Part shown: one piece after another, positions 44,901-57,200 of the stretch | Numbering within the stretch: position 1 is the stretch's first letter | Layout: every line of letters starts with the position of its first letter | Virus record (IMG/VR): IMGVR_UViG_3300008117_006248 | Location: 1 to 64,000 of that record | Direction: 5' to 3' (one strand) | DNA from: a virus | DNA length: 64,000 nt | The notes under the pieces: model-generated | Seen by the model: the letters and a program-made list of their open reading frames with translations, nothing else | Databases searched by the model: none | Told to the model about the DNA's origin: nothing | Translations under genes and position numbers: made by a program

Positions 44901-45468
44901 TAGCTAAATATTTATCCTTACTTAGAATTATAGTTTTCCAACTTTCTGCGTCTTTTCTCTTATAAAAAAGCTCTAACCCTGATAAAGCAGATATATTGAA
45001 CTCTTCTGTCGGCGCTAACACTAATTGCGCATTTACTAAATCATAAGTTTTAGGCTCTCTTTTTATAGAAAAGCTTTCTATGACGCTTGTTGGTAAATCT
45101 GTTATAGTTGAACTCGATGGATCTATGGTAATAGGCTCGGTGGATACTGTCCCAATAGAATTAGAAGCCGTTAATATGAATCTAGTTTTATATACTCTGT
45201 CTACCTCAAAAGACTTGAACTTTACAGTTTGTGCGTCAAATAATTCTGGCTCTCCTACGGGTTCTTCATCTCCATTTTTGGTAGTAAAAAATTGCTTTGA
45301 TAAAACAGCCGAAGAAGCATTTAAAACTATTATTATTAAATTAAACTTATCTAAATTGTTTTCGTATTTTTCTACGGTTAGGCCCACTGTAGGCAAAGAA
45401 GATGTTCCCGGGTCTTCTCTATTTACAGCTATTGGATATGATTTTTGTTGTGTTAATCTTATTGGCAT
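41971..45468 (-). CDS. Large putative virion structural protein (1165 aa)
   Basis: Long ORF in the minus-strand block; GKIVGIQITDPGHGY motif typical of phage baseplate/structural repeats. Confidence 0.6.
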   Translation of the reverse strand: MPIRLTQQKSYPIAVNREDPGTSSLPTVGLTVEKYENNLDKFNLIIIVLNASSAVLSKQFFTTKNGDEEPVGEPELFDAQTVKFKSFEVDRVYKTRFILTASNSIGTVSTEPITIDPSSSTITDLPTSVIESFSIKREPKTYDLVNAQLVLAPTEEFNISALSGLELFYKRKDAESWKTIILSKDKYLARKDSKGKISGYIFNFNKQSIIRSDSGGYFDFYIKVSFDRFTPQTTEQKTLFFDNIDNAEPQRPIDSSISTNIIDVVNPATLRYEIYTKFSEVYTISNNRTESIQGDEITSAEPTYSHGFLDTSVFKGLDIGNYYFTNGVGNDFFYYEPNYTKTNNETKGYFYPASVTEIHPCIITNKEGLANKSIVLFWKINDDFFDYSFFENKISIKTTLFQVKLQYKSGASYVDLTKAITITKDPTTTSATENKKFGFFTKSQKFVLSIERDVDIIAAQRSLFDRIDELEDNKNDNLRLLVVKHEVECTSSGRTKSLSFSKLLIPPYWRYIAYDKYVPLNAETRSEKDKKINLDLNSPVLRGIRIPEAGFYKYDELKGITTSDGRSSSSTFDFKIFYKLACEYDVFYRDPVLEGTVNSILLPSVPKDVFLIPPTLKIPPPNLVPESQGGKRAEGIVKLNEYGKIVGIQITDPGHGYSLFKNLQSKREQTFTDLVPFVKRSFQIVANDLNINRSVLVLQNNSFDRDNLKASIEGGVRLASVYSDKQRLEQNNGNPFSVEQKARLDEYLNFSIPEEQPNSENSVAFYDLDATPEEKDVSSIGILDETWNIISKLYTDKFTNPLENSQIYTEDTDAGVSEVEDSTISSTIEPTKDSSAITPVSLNPNVEQKSADGGVPELFSLNNLTVVPDGSAAVFSTSRFTPPPWLTLLPLSVRGDGQYGFGPLPNMLPRAEMFNRLVMGINNLNEVRVILPMIWAVDQKNSYNAWFESSLGDNEFDLISFNTNGTKEALTNEASLYLPINSSIAVSASRSVGRVELKSDKAEPLGLAQGIYKVSSEDSMTLSFKPFLHPLMAGAFKESYLRTFRRKILGIVTEQTTSCVNNSAPIGVGGYTAIGCRGLNNDSYEKYVPPGTLLPTANTVPNTYFQFYNAGGTIEANARGTAQALSVSNGRINGEAIFCTYGCGDSYSKAIDFTYANMFPGTIKI

Positions 45469-48278
45469 TATTGTATCTCCGAGTCTAGGATTGGTTGATA
45501 TTTAGCTTGGAACACAGCGTCTGTATCATTAAAAAGAGTGCTGTTTTGTATTTTAAATTTAAAAATATATTCAGTCACTCTTTCTGAAATTACACCATCT
45601 AAGTCTTTATTAGAGTCGGCTGATTCAAGTAGCAAAATTTCAGGCTTGTAGTTTGAGTTCAAATAGCTAGAATAATTCCCTACAGGAATTACATTTCCAT
45701 CAACATCTTTTAACTGCAAAAACGCCCAAAAAAATTCTCCCTTTGTTATCTCAGATATTTCTGTACTCAATATATTCGATGAATAATCAGAATATAAAAT
45801 AACTTCTGCTTCCCCTATTTTAGACGGCACAGAGTATGAGTTAGAAGAGGTTTGAGTGCTTTCTGCTTTAGATGGATTCGCTGCAGATATTATATTCCTA
45901 ACTGTTGCTCTAGCCCTCAGAGATGTAACTTGATTATTTATTTTTATGTTATTTATTTGTATTGTTCTTTGCCTAGTCAATCCAGATGTAAAGTAATATT
46001 CTATATCATCAAATTTTTCTTTTATTAATATAGGACCATATAGCTGCTGATCATTTTGATCTATAATAGAGTATTCGACCTCATCCGCATAAGTATAAGT
46101 CAAAGGAAAAGATATCGACGCATTTGGGTAATCAAGCTGCACTCTAGACAAAGAAAAAGAATTACAAACCGGAGGATTAGAAACTGAAGTGTTTAAGAAT
46201 GTGAAAGGAAAATTAAATGGCACTTCTCCATCTGCTAAAAATGAAAGAATTATTCTATTTTCTTTATCTAATAATCTAAATAAGTTAGACTTTGTTATCA
46301 CTGCCGAAGAAACCCCGGCGCTTAAAACCATCGGCCTCAAAGTCGGATCATTCCCTAATCTTAAAAACATCGAAGAATATTTAGTATTAACTAAACTATA
46401 AGCTAATTGGAATGTGTAAGATCCCCCCTCCGTTATATAATCTGAAAAAACAGTATAGTCAAGTATTTGATCTTGAGACAAGTCAGTAAATGTTAAAGAA
46501 CTAGACGAATTTCTATTTTCGTCATAGATTGTTTTTGTTACGCCTCCTATTTTTATTGTTAAAGTAAAAGCTGGTATTGTTATGTTTCTAATTAATTCTA
46601 TTGATTGTTCGTCCGTTGAGTATTGATTTCTTATTGTATTTCCAAAATCATAATAGAAATTAAATGCTTTGCAAGAAAAAGTCCCGACTTTTCCTGTCGA
46701 GCTTATTATTGTTGTTTGATTTGTCCCATTAGCAGTGTCTGTCACGTTCACAGAAATGGTTGATTCTTGATTAAATCTATAGACTAACCTTGTAGCAAAA
46801 TCAGTTTTGATTATAATTTGTTTTGCTTCAGTGTCCTCGTCTATTGAAACTATTCTTGGAATTTTAATTTCGACAGGAATATCCAAAGAATAATCTGTTC
46901 CATCAGCATCTGTCTCTACTACCTTAAAAACCCTGAATCTTAATGTTATGGCTGTTATTGTTCCTGAGTCGGATAGAACCGTTCCATCAGAAATTTCTTT
47001 AATGCTAAAGTATTTTGACAAATCTAAAACTTGGTCTATATAAGATACAGTCGCTGAAGCAACGCTTCCGTTATCCTTGAAAGCATGATAAACCGTTCCA
47101 TCAAAATATTTTATATATCTAAAATTATATCCCCATATGTCTGCTTTTACTGTATTAACCGATGCGAAGTTTTTGTATAATTCTAGTGTTTGATCTGCTT
47201 TTAATGAAAAAACTGCTATTACTGTTTTTGCTGTTCCATTAATTGGACAAATTTGTTGATCTTCAAATATTTTTATTACTCCATTTACATTTACGGAAAC
47301 TTCTCCAGCATTACTTGTGCATGTTATTGTATTATTAGGAGCTACAGATACTGAAGAATTGCAAACGTCAACATATTCAAATGATATTTCAGACGATATG
47401 TTTTCTAAAGTAGCGTCGTTAGTTTTTTCTAATTGAAAAGAAACTGGTCCATGAAAAACACTTTTAGTCACCCATCCATCTGACGTAACTAGAAGGATAA
47501 AAGGACAAAAATAGTCGCTTAACTTGATCGAACATTCTGTTAGTTGATCATCTAAATAATATCTTTGCGTGCCTGGATCATAATAAAATTTATTAGAAAA
47601 ATCTTCTAAATAATCATGACTTTTATTTTCTATCAAAATTAAATTTTTATAGTAAAAAGTAGCGGGTGATGCGGTGGGAGTAATTTTATAATTTAAAATT
47701 TTGCAATAACTATAGTTTATATAAACATTATTTGTAGGCACTTTATTTATGTCTATATCAGACATATTAAAAGAAAGCATCGTGGCAGAACTACCATCTC
47801 CAGAAGGAAGCAATTTATGATATATTTTATTTATTAGCAGCGCGGAATAAGAATATATATCGACCTCAAATACGCTAAGAGCTTCTGCGCTTACTATTGT
47901 TCTTCTTTCTATAAAATTTCCTGCTCCCAATTGCACGTTGCCCATGGTCCCGCCTACGCCATTACTCCCAGCGCCACCATTATCGCTAACGCATTTTAAT
48001 TGGCCTGATCTATAACCGGCAGATAAGTAAAGATTTGATATGTCTAAAGCTGTACCGCCGCCATCTAAACCCAAAGCATCAGTCCAAAATAAATTAGCAT
48101 TATTAGCCACCCCGAGATGGTCTAAATAATTTCTAGCTACACCCTTAACATAAGTTGGACTGTTAAAAGCCTCCGAAGGAGAAGTCAAATACTGATTATC
48201 GCTAAATATAGAAGCGTAAGAATCAGAAAAAGCATTATCCGCATAAAAAAAATCAGCTCTTACATAAAAAGATGACAT
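45468..48278 (-). CDS. Large putative virion structural protein (936 aa)
   Basis: Beta-rich S/T/N/Y composition; translationally coupled to neighbours. Confidence 0.55.
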   Translation of the reverse strand: MSSFYVRADFFYADNAFSDSYASIFSDNQYLTSPSEAFNSPTYVKGVARNYLDHLGVANNANLFWTDALGLDGGGTALDISNLYLSAGYRSGQLKCVSDNGGAGSNGVGGTMGNVQLGAGNFIERRTIVSAEALSVFEVDIYSYSALLINKIYHKLLPSGDGSSATMLSFNMSDIDINKVPTNNVYINYSYCKILNYKITPTASPATFYYKNLILIENKSHDYLEDFSNKFYYDPGTQRYYLDDQLTECSIKLSDYFCPFILLVTSDGWVTKSVFHGPVSFQLEKTNDATLENISSEISFEYVDVCNSSVSVAPNNTITCTSNAGEVSVNVNGVIKIFEDQQICPINGTAKTVIAVFSLKADQTLELYKNFASVNTVKADIWGYNFRYIKYFDGTVYHAFKDNGSVASATVSYIDQVLDLSKYFSIKEISDGTVLSDSGTITAITLRFRVFKVVETDADGTDYSLDIPVEIKIPRIVSIDEDTEAKQIIIKTDFATRLVYRFNQESTISVNVTDTANGTNQTTIISSTGKVGTFSCKAFNFYYDFGNTIRNQYSTDEQSIELIRNITIPAFTLTIKIGGVTKTIYDENRNSSSSLTFTDLSQDQILDYTVFSDYITEGGSYTFQLAYSLVNTKYSSMFLRLGNDPTLRPMVLSAGVSSAVITKSNLFRLLDKENRIILSFLADGEVPFNFPFTFLNTSVSNPPVCNSFSLSRVQLDYPNASISFPLTYTYADEVEYSIIDQNDQQLYGPILIKEKFDDIEYYFTSGLTRQRTIQINNIKINNQVTSLRARATVRNIISAANPSKAESTQTSSNSYSVPSKIGEAEVILYSDYSSNILSTEISEITKGEFFWAFLQLKDVDGNVIPVGNYSSYLNSNYKPEILLLESADSNKDLDGVISERVTEYIFKFKIQNSTLFNDTDAVFQAKYQPILDSEIQ

Positions 48279-48279
48279 A

Positions 48280-51200
48280 TTATTTTCTATTTATAATTTT
48301 AATTACAGAAGATTTAGAGAAATCGTCAAATTTAATATCTGGCGCACTCTTTATCTTGCTTATTGTTATATTCACTTCTATATCAGAATTATTAATTATA
48401 TTATAATTTGCATCTACTGTATTTTCTGGGAACAAGCTTTCTACATAAAGACCGCCTATTTCCATTTCGCTTTGTGGCAGTAAAGTATTGTCGGCTGTTT
48501 GAGATTGACCCAATAGCTTTTTGATATTATTTATTTGAGTTGGGTTTAGATTTGCGTCTAAGCCAATCGTAAGCTGTCTATTATCAGGCATCTGCCTAAC
48601 TGGGCTCAAAGCAGAAAAGAACGAATAATTATAATTAAATATAGGAGACCTAAGCCCCGTCTTCTTTATCTCGCATCTTTTAAATGTTATTGTTTTATTT
48701 GTGCCTTCTAGATTTATAGTTATAGTTTGGCTGTTGTCGATAGCGCTAATAGTCCACCAATCATCAACGTAATCGGAGTTTAACCAAAAAGCCGACTGGT
48801 CTCTTGGTATCCAAGCTATAATACTATTTGCAGTTGACTTGTACGCATTTCTAATTTGAGCTTTGAATAACTCAAGTTGATCCACGGCGACCTCTTCTTC
48901 TTCAGTTATGCTTGCGTCTGCCCCACCTTCTTCCCCTTTCTCCTCGGCTTTATTAAACGGCCTGTCTATGTCTTCTACGACTTTATACAAACGAACGAAA
49001 TTAGGATACTTTATTTCATAAGTTGTTACATCTTCTCCCACAAATGTCTCGCCATCTGAATAAAACTTTCCTTTATATTTTAAATAAGGCAACTCTGTAG
49101 TGTTGGTAAACGCCGTGTCTGTTGGTATATTTATATTATCAAAAAAGCTCTGGCTTATGCTTACTTGATATTTAATTCCATTTTGTATGCCCGGCAAAGT
49201 ATAAGTCGATTGGTAGGCATCAAAGAATAAAAATCTATAAATTGTTTCATGGCCGATTCCTACTTCGTATCCTACCACATTAGAAGGCGAATCCGTTGGT
49301 ATGTCTTTGCCATTATAGTAATTTCTAAGAGCCAGATTTATTGTCGTAGAAGTTCCATCTTTAGATAATAGTTTAACATATGATTTTTGCTCCACTTGAT
49401 TGTCGTCTAGTATTGGCAAAAGCTCTTCATTTCTTATTATTCCCAAATTTAGAGTTATTTCTCTCTGTGTCGATATCGCCGTGTTAGGATTGAATATGCA
49501 ATAAAATTCGTCCCTAGCTTTTGCTTTTTTCAAATATCTAGAAACAACTCCGCTTGTCGGACCAGCTTCTACGATCATCACTGAATTTCTATAGACTTTT
49601 CTTCTTCTATTTTCATCACTTAATATATTTACAAAAATATCTCTTGGACAATTATTTATCAAGAAAATTTGCTGCCCATAGCTTGGTGCAGTTACCGTCA
49701 AGTCATTATTATTATCTGTTAATAGATAATGCCCGGCTGTTGTTATTCTATAGACTGGTTTTAACAAATTATACGATTGAGTATTATTTGTTAAATTCAT
49801 CGAAGCTAAATTTGTTATATATATGCCTCTGAAATTATTAACTACTGTTTCTATAATGGCTTGATCAGCATAATAATAAGAAGAAGCGTACGTCTCGTCT
49901 TTTATTAAAGGAGTGATTATGATATTTTTATTATCTTTATCTGACTCTTTTTCCCCAGCAAAACTAACGTAATCATAAATACCATTCAAGAAAAACTTCA
50001 AATCAGTTTTTAATAAATAGTTCGTAGAAGAATCTTTCTTTGATATATAATAAATTCCTTTTTCGTAAGACCCCAAGAAACTAACTCTGGAATCACTTAT
50101 TTCTATAAAAGATTTTGGCGGTATAGAACAAAAAGTCTCTGTAGCAAAATCAAAAAAGATGCTTAAATAATAAGGTGTATTATTGTAAATATAGAACTTT
50201 TCTGATCCAAGAAGCCCAGCGTTTAATAGCTTCAAACTATACGAGTCGAAGAAATTGCCAGAACTGTTTACTTGAGAAGAGCCGTAAATAAACAATTTAC
50301 TATTAGCATCATAAGAAGTTAAATCTTTAAGGTCAAGAACTCCGAATTCTCTGTTTTTTATTATTATTTCTTCTGCTTTATTTTTTGAGTTATATCTAAA
50401 TAAATATGTATACTTGCTATTGCCTATATTTTGAATGACCTTTATTCTTGCTCCAAATTTTAGATTTGGATAAAGTTCATTTACTGTTTGTGTTAGATTT
50501 TCTGGCGCTCTTCCTTCTGCATAGTTGAGCGTTGTCACTGAAAAAACTGACGAAGCATTTAAATCTAAGCTAGATGCAGTAAACAAGTTTTGAGTGGCAT
50601 TTCTAATTACTCTTGTCAAAGCTCCATTGCCTAGCAACGAATTATTAGAGCCAATGTACATTCTATATTTGCAAGGATTAAAAACATAAAAATCTCTAAA
50701 TGATTTATCAATAAAACTATTGATGTCTACATTGAATCTATTAAAATTTGGAAGATATAAAAACTCATTGCCCCCTACTATTTCCGTGGTTGATAGCCCA
50801 GATATTCCTTTCAGATTTCTAGCCGTAGCAAATACTTTTTTAACTTGAGGCAAACTAGATGTTTCCTTTACCCAAGCAGAGCCGCTCACAGAATATAAAG
50901 CTATTGAATTTACATCAAGTAAATTGCTAGTCACCGCTGTGGAATAATTATAAATTGAATTCGGAGCAGAAGAATCTGACTTTACTAAATTAACAAATAA
51001 TATCTTTTTGCCCGATAGCAATGAAGCCAAAGTCGAACCACCAATACTTATATCAAGATTTGGCAAGTAAAATTTAGATGAGTATTTAGTTATTGGAATT
51101 AATATAACATTTGGCAAACCATTTATTGCATTTTGTGATTTAAAAAACTTAGTTAAATCAGTATGATTTGTATCTATAACTTTTAAATTATATGCCCCGG

Positions 51201-54200
51201 CGTTGAACTCATCACTTACTCTGTCGGTCAAATAAAATTGCTCCTTCTTTATCTTTGTTCCATCGTAAGATGCAAAAAGATAAAAATCATTGACAATATA
51301 CTTTTTATCGCCTAATTGAGTTATGTCGATAGCTTTTCTCCCATAGCAGTAAATAATTTTCGAAGTTGAAACTGATACGGAAGAATAAACGTCAAAAACT
51401 GAATAATCAATATCCAGTTTAATAGCGTCACCATCTATATCAATAAACGCATCTTGTATTAAATCTATCTTAGAAAAACCAGCCGCCCACAAGGAAGCCA
51501 AAGGATGTTCTGCTTCTAAATCAAAGGCTTGATTACTTAGCGCTATAGAGGTCGGCAAATAAGACACGTTTTCTACTTCGCCAAAAATGTTTGAATCGCT
51601 AAAATCAGTAGTATCTGTAGTAACTGTGTAAGGCGCTCCAGTATATGTAAACAATTTTTGATTATTACCAGAAGATGGCAAAAGCGTATGCACAAGAACT
51701 CCACTCAATGTTTTTATTTCATATGGCCTTCCTGAAACATTTTTAATTACAAAAGAAATCGTTGCTGAAATATCCGGCAAAATAATAGAATCTACATCTG
51801 CTTTGTCTGCTTCTATTATATAATAAAATGTTGTGCCTCCTGATTTTCTAGTATTAGTTCTTTCAGAATTTACTTGCGCTATGAAGAATTCTTTGTTATT
51901 GTATATTGGATATACATAATTCGCTCCAGAGTTTTTTACTAAGCGGTTTTTCTTAAGAGTTTTTGTAACTGAATCTACTGAAACTGTAACAGTATCATAA
52001 GCAAAATTTATTAAAATCTGATCTGTCGCTAATGCATTAGGAAAGCTTTTAGCAGTCGATCCGCTCTCACTTTCGTAACTGAATATTCTGGCGTCCGGTA
52101 TTAAAGGCTTAGAAGCCTGAAGTCTTCCATTAACATACTCATCTGGAGCATAATCAAAATCAATAGAATTAACTTCTTTTATTCTATATAGATTATTGCC
52201 ATCCGCTGAATCAAATGATTGTATTCCGACGGATTGTTCCAATGTCGGCAAAAATATCTTTCCTTTATACCCATATTTTCTATTATAGCTATCTTTTATT
52301 GTAAATGTGTCTATTTGGCTATTTCTAATATAAAAATAGTCTTCATGATATCTATCTATTACATTATCCTCTAAATCAATAACAGTGCCGTTTACATTTC
52401 TGCTTAAGAAACTTGTTCTTTGCAATATTGGCAAAGCGTCAGAACTTGAACCAGTTACCCTTAAACATATTGAATTTTGAGCTAAATCCCCTATTTCATT
52501 TATTTCCAATGTAGAAGGATTATCTTCTGTAGATATTATGTTCTCGGTATCTTTTACTGATTCTTTATTAATTTTATTTGGTAAAAATCTATTTCTGCAA
52601 ATCAGGAACAGTTCTTTATTTTGAAGGCTAGAGGCAGGCGGCAAGTTGATTTGAGTTCCGCAGAAATTCAAGTCTAAAATATTAATAGAAGACGAAATCA
52701 AAGAATTATCTATATCAAAATAAAAATGACTCAGAGTTTCGTTTAGGATATCTAATCTGACAACTTGCGTCGAGCCTACTGTCACCAACATTGCTCTTGC
52801 TATTTGGTTTTCTGCTAGCGTATAGACTATATTTTCCTGGGTATTTCTATAGAAAAATACCGATTGGCTATTTTTATTTACAAAATAAACGAAAGACTCT
52901 TTCGGCAACCCTGCGTCTAAAGATTTAAGATCTATATATTGAACCAAATCACCTTTAAGCAAAACTAATTGCTCTCTTGAATTTGACAACTCAAAGAATG
53001 GCGAAGAAGAAGGATATATAATAGAGTAAGTCACCAGTGAAGCAGATTTTTGCGTTACTGTTAACTTGAAATCTTGATATTGCCTTTGCAAAACTTCTAT
53101 AGAAGAGCCATTAATTATTCTTATATTTAATGCTCTATTTATAGATTCATCTTTCAGGAAAAAATAATCTCTAGTCGTTCCAACGGCGGTTGAGAATTGG
53201 GACAGGATTATATCTGTATCGTCTTTTAAGAGTTTAGTAGAATCTTCTTCTGTTTCTTTAGCTTTTAAATATATTTTTATTCCATCAAAATAAGTTTTCT
53301 GAGATTTTGAAGCGGATGAGCCATTCCAAGAAACATAGTTGAAAGAATCCGCATCTAAACTCAAACCATTGATAACTAATGAGTCTTTAGAAAAATTATA
53401 AATTGGCAGATTTGCAAAAGAATCAGCCGAAGAAAATTCTCCAGTTGTATGATTAAAATTTATAAACCCTTCTTTAGGATGATAAATTTTAGAGTCTTGC
53501 ATTGTTACATTTGAATATGTACTTTGCGTTTGGATAGACTTAGTCACTCCATCGTCTGAAAACAACAGTTTTTTTGTTTGATTTGCCGATATAGAAACCG
53601 TAGATCCAAATGTTACGTTTATAGAAGAATTAGAGTCGTTTACTAGAGTTAAAGTTTTCGACGCTATTGAGCTGCTATTTAAAACAGTTACGTTCGCACT
53701 TAAATAAAGAATATCATCATCTTGTTCTGCGTCTAGTAGATCAAAAGAAGAAGAAGGAAGCGAAGCAGCATTTGCTACAGTAATCACCCCATTGTTGGAT
53801 ATTTTAGCGTATTGATTAGTGTTTACTGATGATCCCCCTACAAAACAACTTGCGTTTCCAGTGTTTAAAACATAAGATTCAAACGAAGATGGAATATTCT
53901 CTAAAGATGCGTCCGCCTTGTCTGTCACGAAATAATATTCATTATAATCTTGATTTATTTTGAAACCAGAGGTTTTAGACTCAGGGTTATTGAAGTCTAA
54001 CAGTTGACTATAAGTTGGGCTAGAAACGCTTACCGGAGTGTAAGAAGCCACATTCTCGAACTTTGTTACTGTGTTTTGCTGGGAGTTTGAGTCCCCAACT
54101 TCAAAACCATATTCGCTGGCTAGAGTTTCTTTTTTCTTTACGACAGAAGATTTTATTCCGGAAACTACAATATCATAATAATTATTGCCATTGGCACCGA

Positions 54201-57200
54201 AATTATAAACTCCTAGATCCACATTTCTTTGACTAACATCTGGTATAACATATGAAAAACTATTAATTCCAGAAGGCTCCGATCTTAAGAATGTCAGTTT
54301 GTTGTTTCTATCTTTCTGATATATATTGTAATAACCACATCCAGCAACCTCATTCCAATCTACCTTAATCGGCAAAAAGTTTGTTTTTTTGATTACATTC
54401 GCTGAGTCAGAAGAAACTACTAATTTTTCTTGCTTAAAAATCCTAAATTCGTAATTCGCATCGTCTAAGAAAAGTGGCAAATTAGTCTTGAAAGCCACCA
54501 TTGATAAATAATTTGGCGTCTCTAAGTCCTCTGCTGAAAAATAATAAGGAGATATCGCCGAATATTCCGCTGAAATAATATCTTTCGAGAACCCAACGTC
54601 TTTCGACATCGTTGTCCACCCAGTAGAAGCCCCAGGGCCAGAAGATCCAGACGATCCAGAAGATCCAGCAGGTGCAGTTTTTAACTTGTATTGCAAATCA
54701 TACTCCCATCCATAATTAAAATTTATGGAATATGGAGATCCAGCATCGCCTATTAAAACTAAGTCCTTAGTATAAAAGTTATATTTTACTTTAGTTATCT
54801 GAAGCCTTCTTGTGTTCCTGAATCGCCCCTTGCCGTCTAGCACTTCTGTTGAAGGCCTTAATTTTGTTATGTAGCCATTTTCTAGTGTTTCTAAGACATA
54901 ATTTGATTCGTATTTTTTAGAAGTTTCGTTTTCTTCTTTTATGTAAATATGATTTTCAAACAATCCGTCGCTTAAAGCGTTTATAGAAGATGTCGTGATT
55001 GGTTTGCCCTCATAGTTTTTAGAGGTATAAGAGCCATTCGGGAAAAAGAATAATGTCGAAAGAAGTTCTTTGGTTTCTTCTTTATCGTCTTGAAAAAATC
55101 TAGGTTCAGAGAAATTAGAAGAATCTCTTGAGCCGTAGATATTATTATTTATTGGATTTTGATTAAAAAGTGTCCATTGATGATTTTCTAAATTTGCTAC
55201 TACTTTATAATTATATGTTTGTATATTAATTCTAACTTTGGAAGGATCTAAAAGTGAACCAGAGTTATTTGCTATTGTGGTATTAATATATGATTTTGTT
55301 ATCTTTGCATCGCCTTCGTTTTCTTCTTGTTGAAAAACTGAATTTGTTAGTCCTTGTTTTATAAACTTCAAAACCACCAAATTTGAGAAAGACGCAGAAG
55401 TGGCAGATTCGCCGTTTTGCACATTACTCTTTATAAAAGACAGCGGAGCAGAAGAACTATTATATCCATATAAATGATAAGAATAAGATTTTGTATCTTG
55501 GTTCGATATTGTTATATTTGATGGAGGGGCGGCAGTCGCAGACCAAGCTCTAAAATTCGAAGTATCATCATAGCTAAAGCTGTTGCCAGTCACATATTCA
55601 ATTCTGAACAATTTTTCCACTTCAATATCTTGGTCTTTGAACGATACTGCCCCGAAATTTTCGCCTGTCTGATAAGATAAACTGGCGGCAGAATTTTCCA
55701 AAAATCTTCTAAAAGACACTTCTTCATTGTAATCTTGCGCTGGATAGTAGTAATTTTGTTTACTTATTGTAAAACTATTAGCTTCGTATGGCTCATATGT
55801 TTGAACGCAGTAGAGTTTTTCGACCTCTTCAGCCGCTAAATCTGCGTCTCCCGGCGTATAAACTCCGCTTAAAATAGCTTGGTTAAGCTCAAATGCTTCG
55901 TTTGCTTTGTAAGACTTGGTGTATATTTCTCTTTCTACAAACACCCTAGGAGCTTTCGCGGTATTAGAACTAAAAGAATTCACTCCATCTGCGATAGCCG
56001 GGCCGCCTATTCTCTCATTTACATCTCGCAAAGCTTGAGAAAACAAAGTATTATAACTATTTTCTGATAAAGAAGGATAAACATTAAAAGATGCTACATA
56101 ATTTTTAGTATAAAAATAATTAACCGCTTTAAGCCAAGACTCTTGATTTACGTAATTATTTTTTGTTATTACCCCATCGCTTTGTATTTGAGTAACTGAA
56201 CCGTTTTGTATTTTTAAACCGTCTGAAGCGTATCTGTTGTTATCAAAAAGCGCTGTGTCTCCCTTGCAAAGTCCTGTAGCGTCTATAAAATAGCCATCAC
56301 AAGTAGAGTTTACTACAGTTCTAAAAACAGGCTCTGAAGCAGTCGAATTTTTATCTTCATTAATATAATAAGCCAAAACCCCGAACTGATCTCCACAAGA
56401 CACAAAAGTAGGGCTTAATCCATAGTTTGACAGAGGAGTAACTATGTAACTTTCTCCGGTATTTAGATAATTTGAATAGAAGTCTCTAGTTATTATTTTT
56501 TTAGGAAGAGGAAAATTCGGCAAAGCTGTTTTATAAACAGGCATTTCATTATTTGCTTCCGTTAGCAAGTCTTGATCATTTTGGTCTATTTCAGCTCTGG
56601 TTTCCCAAGCCTCAGTATTTTCTGCCCTAGAATCCTCTTCTCCAAAATCATCGTTATAAGCTTTAGCTAAAGCATCAAAATTATCCTGTATTGTTTTAGC
56701 CAATTGACTTTGGTCTTCTTCGTCTCCTGCTTCTGGAATTTGTATATCTTGAGCGTATTTTTCTGATTCATTTAATTGCTCTACGTCAATCAAATCTTGA
56801 ACGTTTTCATATCCGAATGGCTCACCATCTTCGCTTATTCTTGGATAAACTGCGCCACCTGCATTTAATGATATATTAACAGCACCAGCTCCTAGATTAT
56901 AACTTGACATGACATACCCAGAAACCGCTGGTTTTTCTCTTGTGTTATATCTTTCTACTTGGACATCTAATTTATAAATTTCTTCTGTATCGCCAGTAGT
57001 TAGGAGAATAAACTTAAACAAGTTATCGCTTTTGCTTAATTTGAATCCAGTGAAGAATGAGTCGTTCTTGATTTCTCTTGTTTTTATTTTGTCTGTATCT
57101 AATATATTTTGGAACTCTTCTTTAGTGAAAGAAATCTCTGTCACAGGTTCAAATGCATAACTTATTTGGCCATCTATTACTCCAGAGACCTCTTCCTTGT

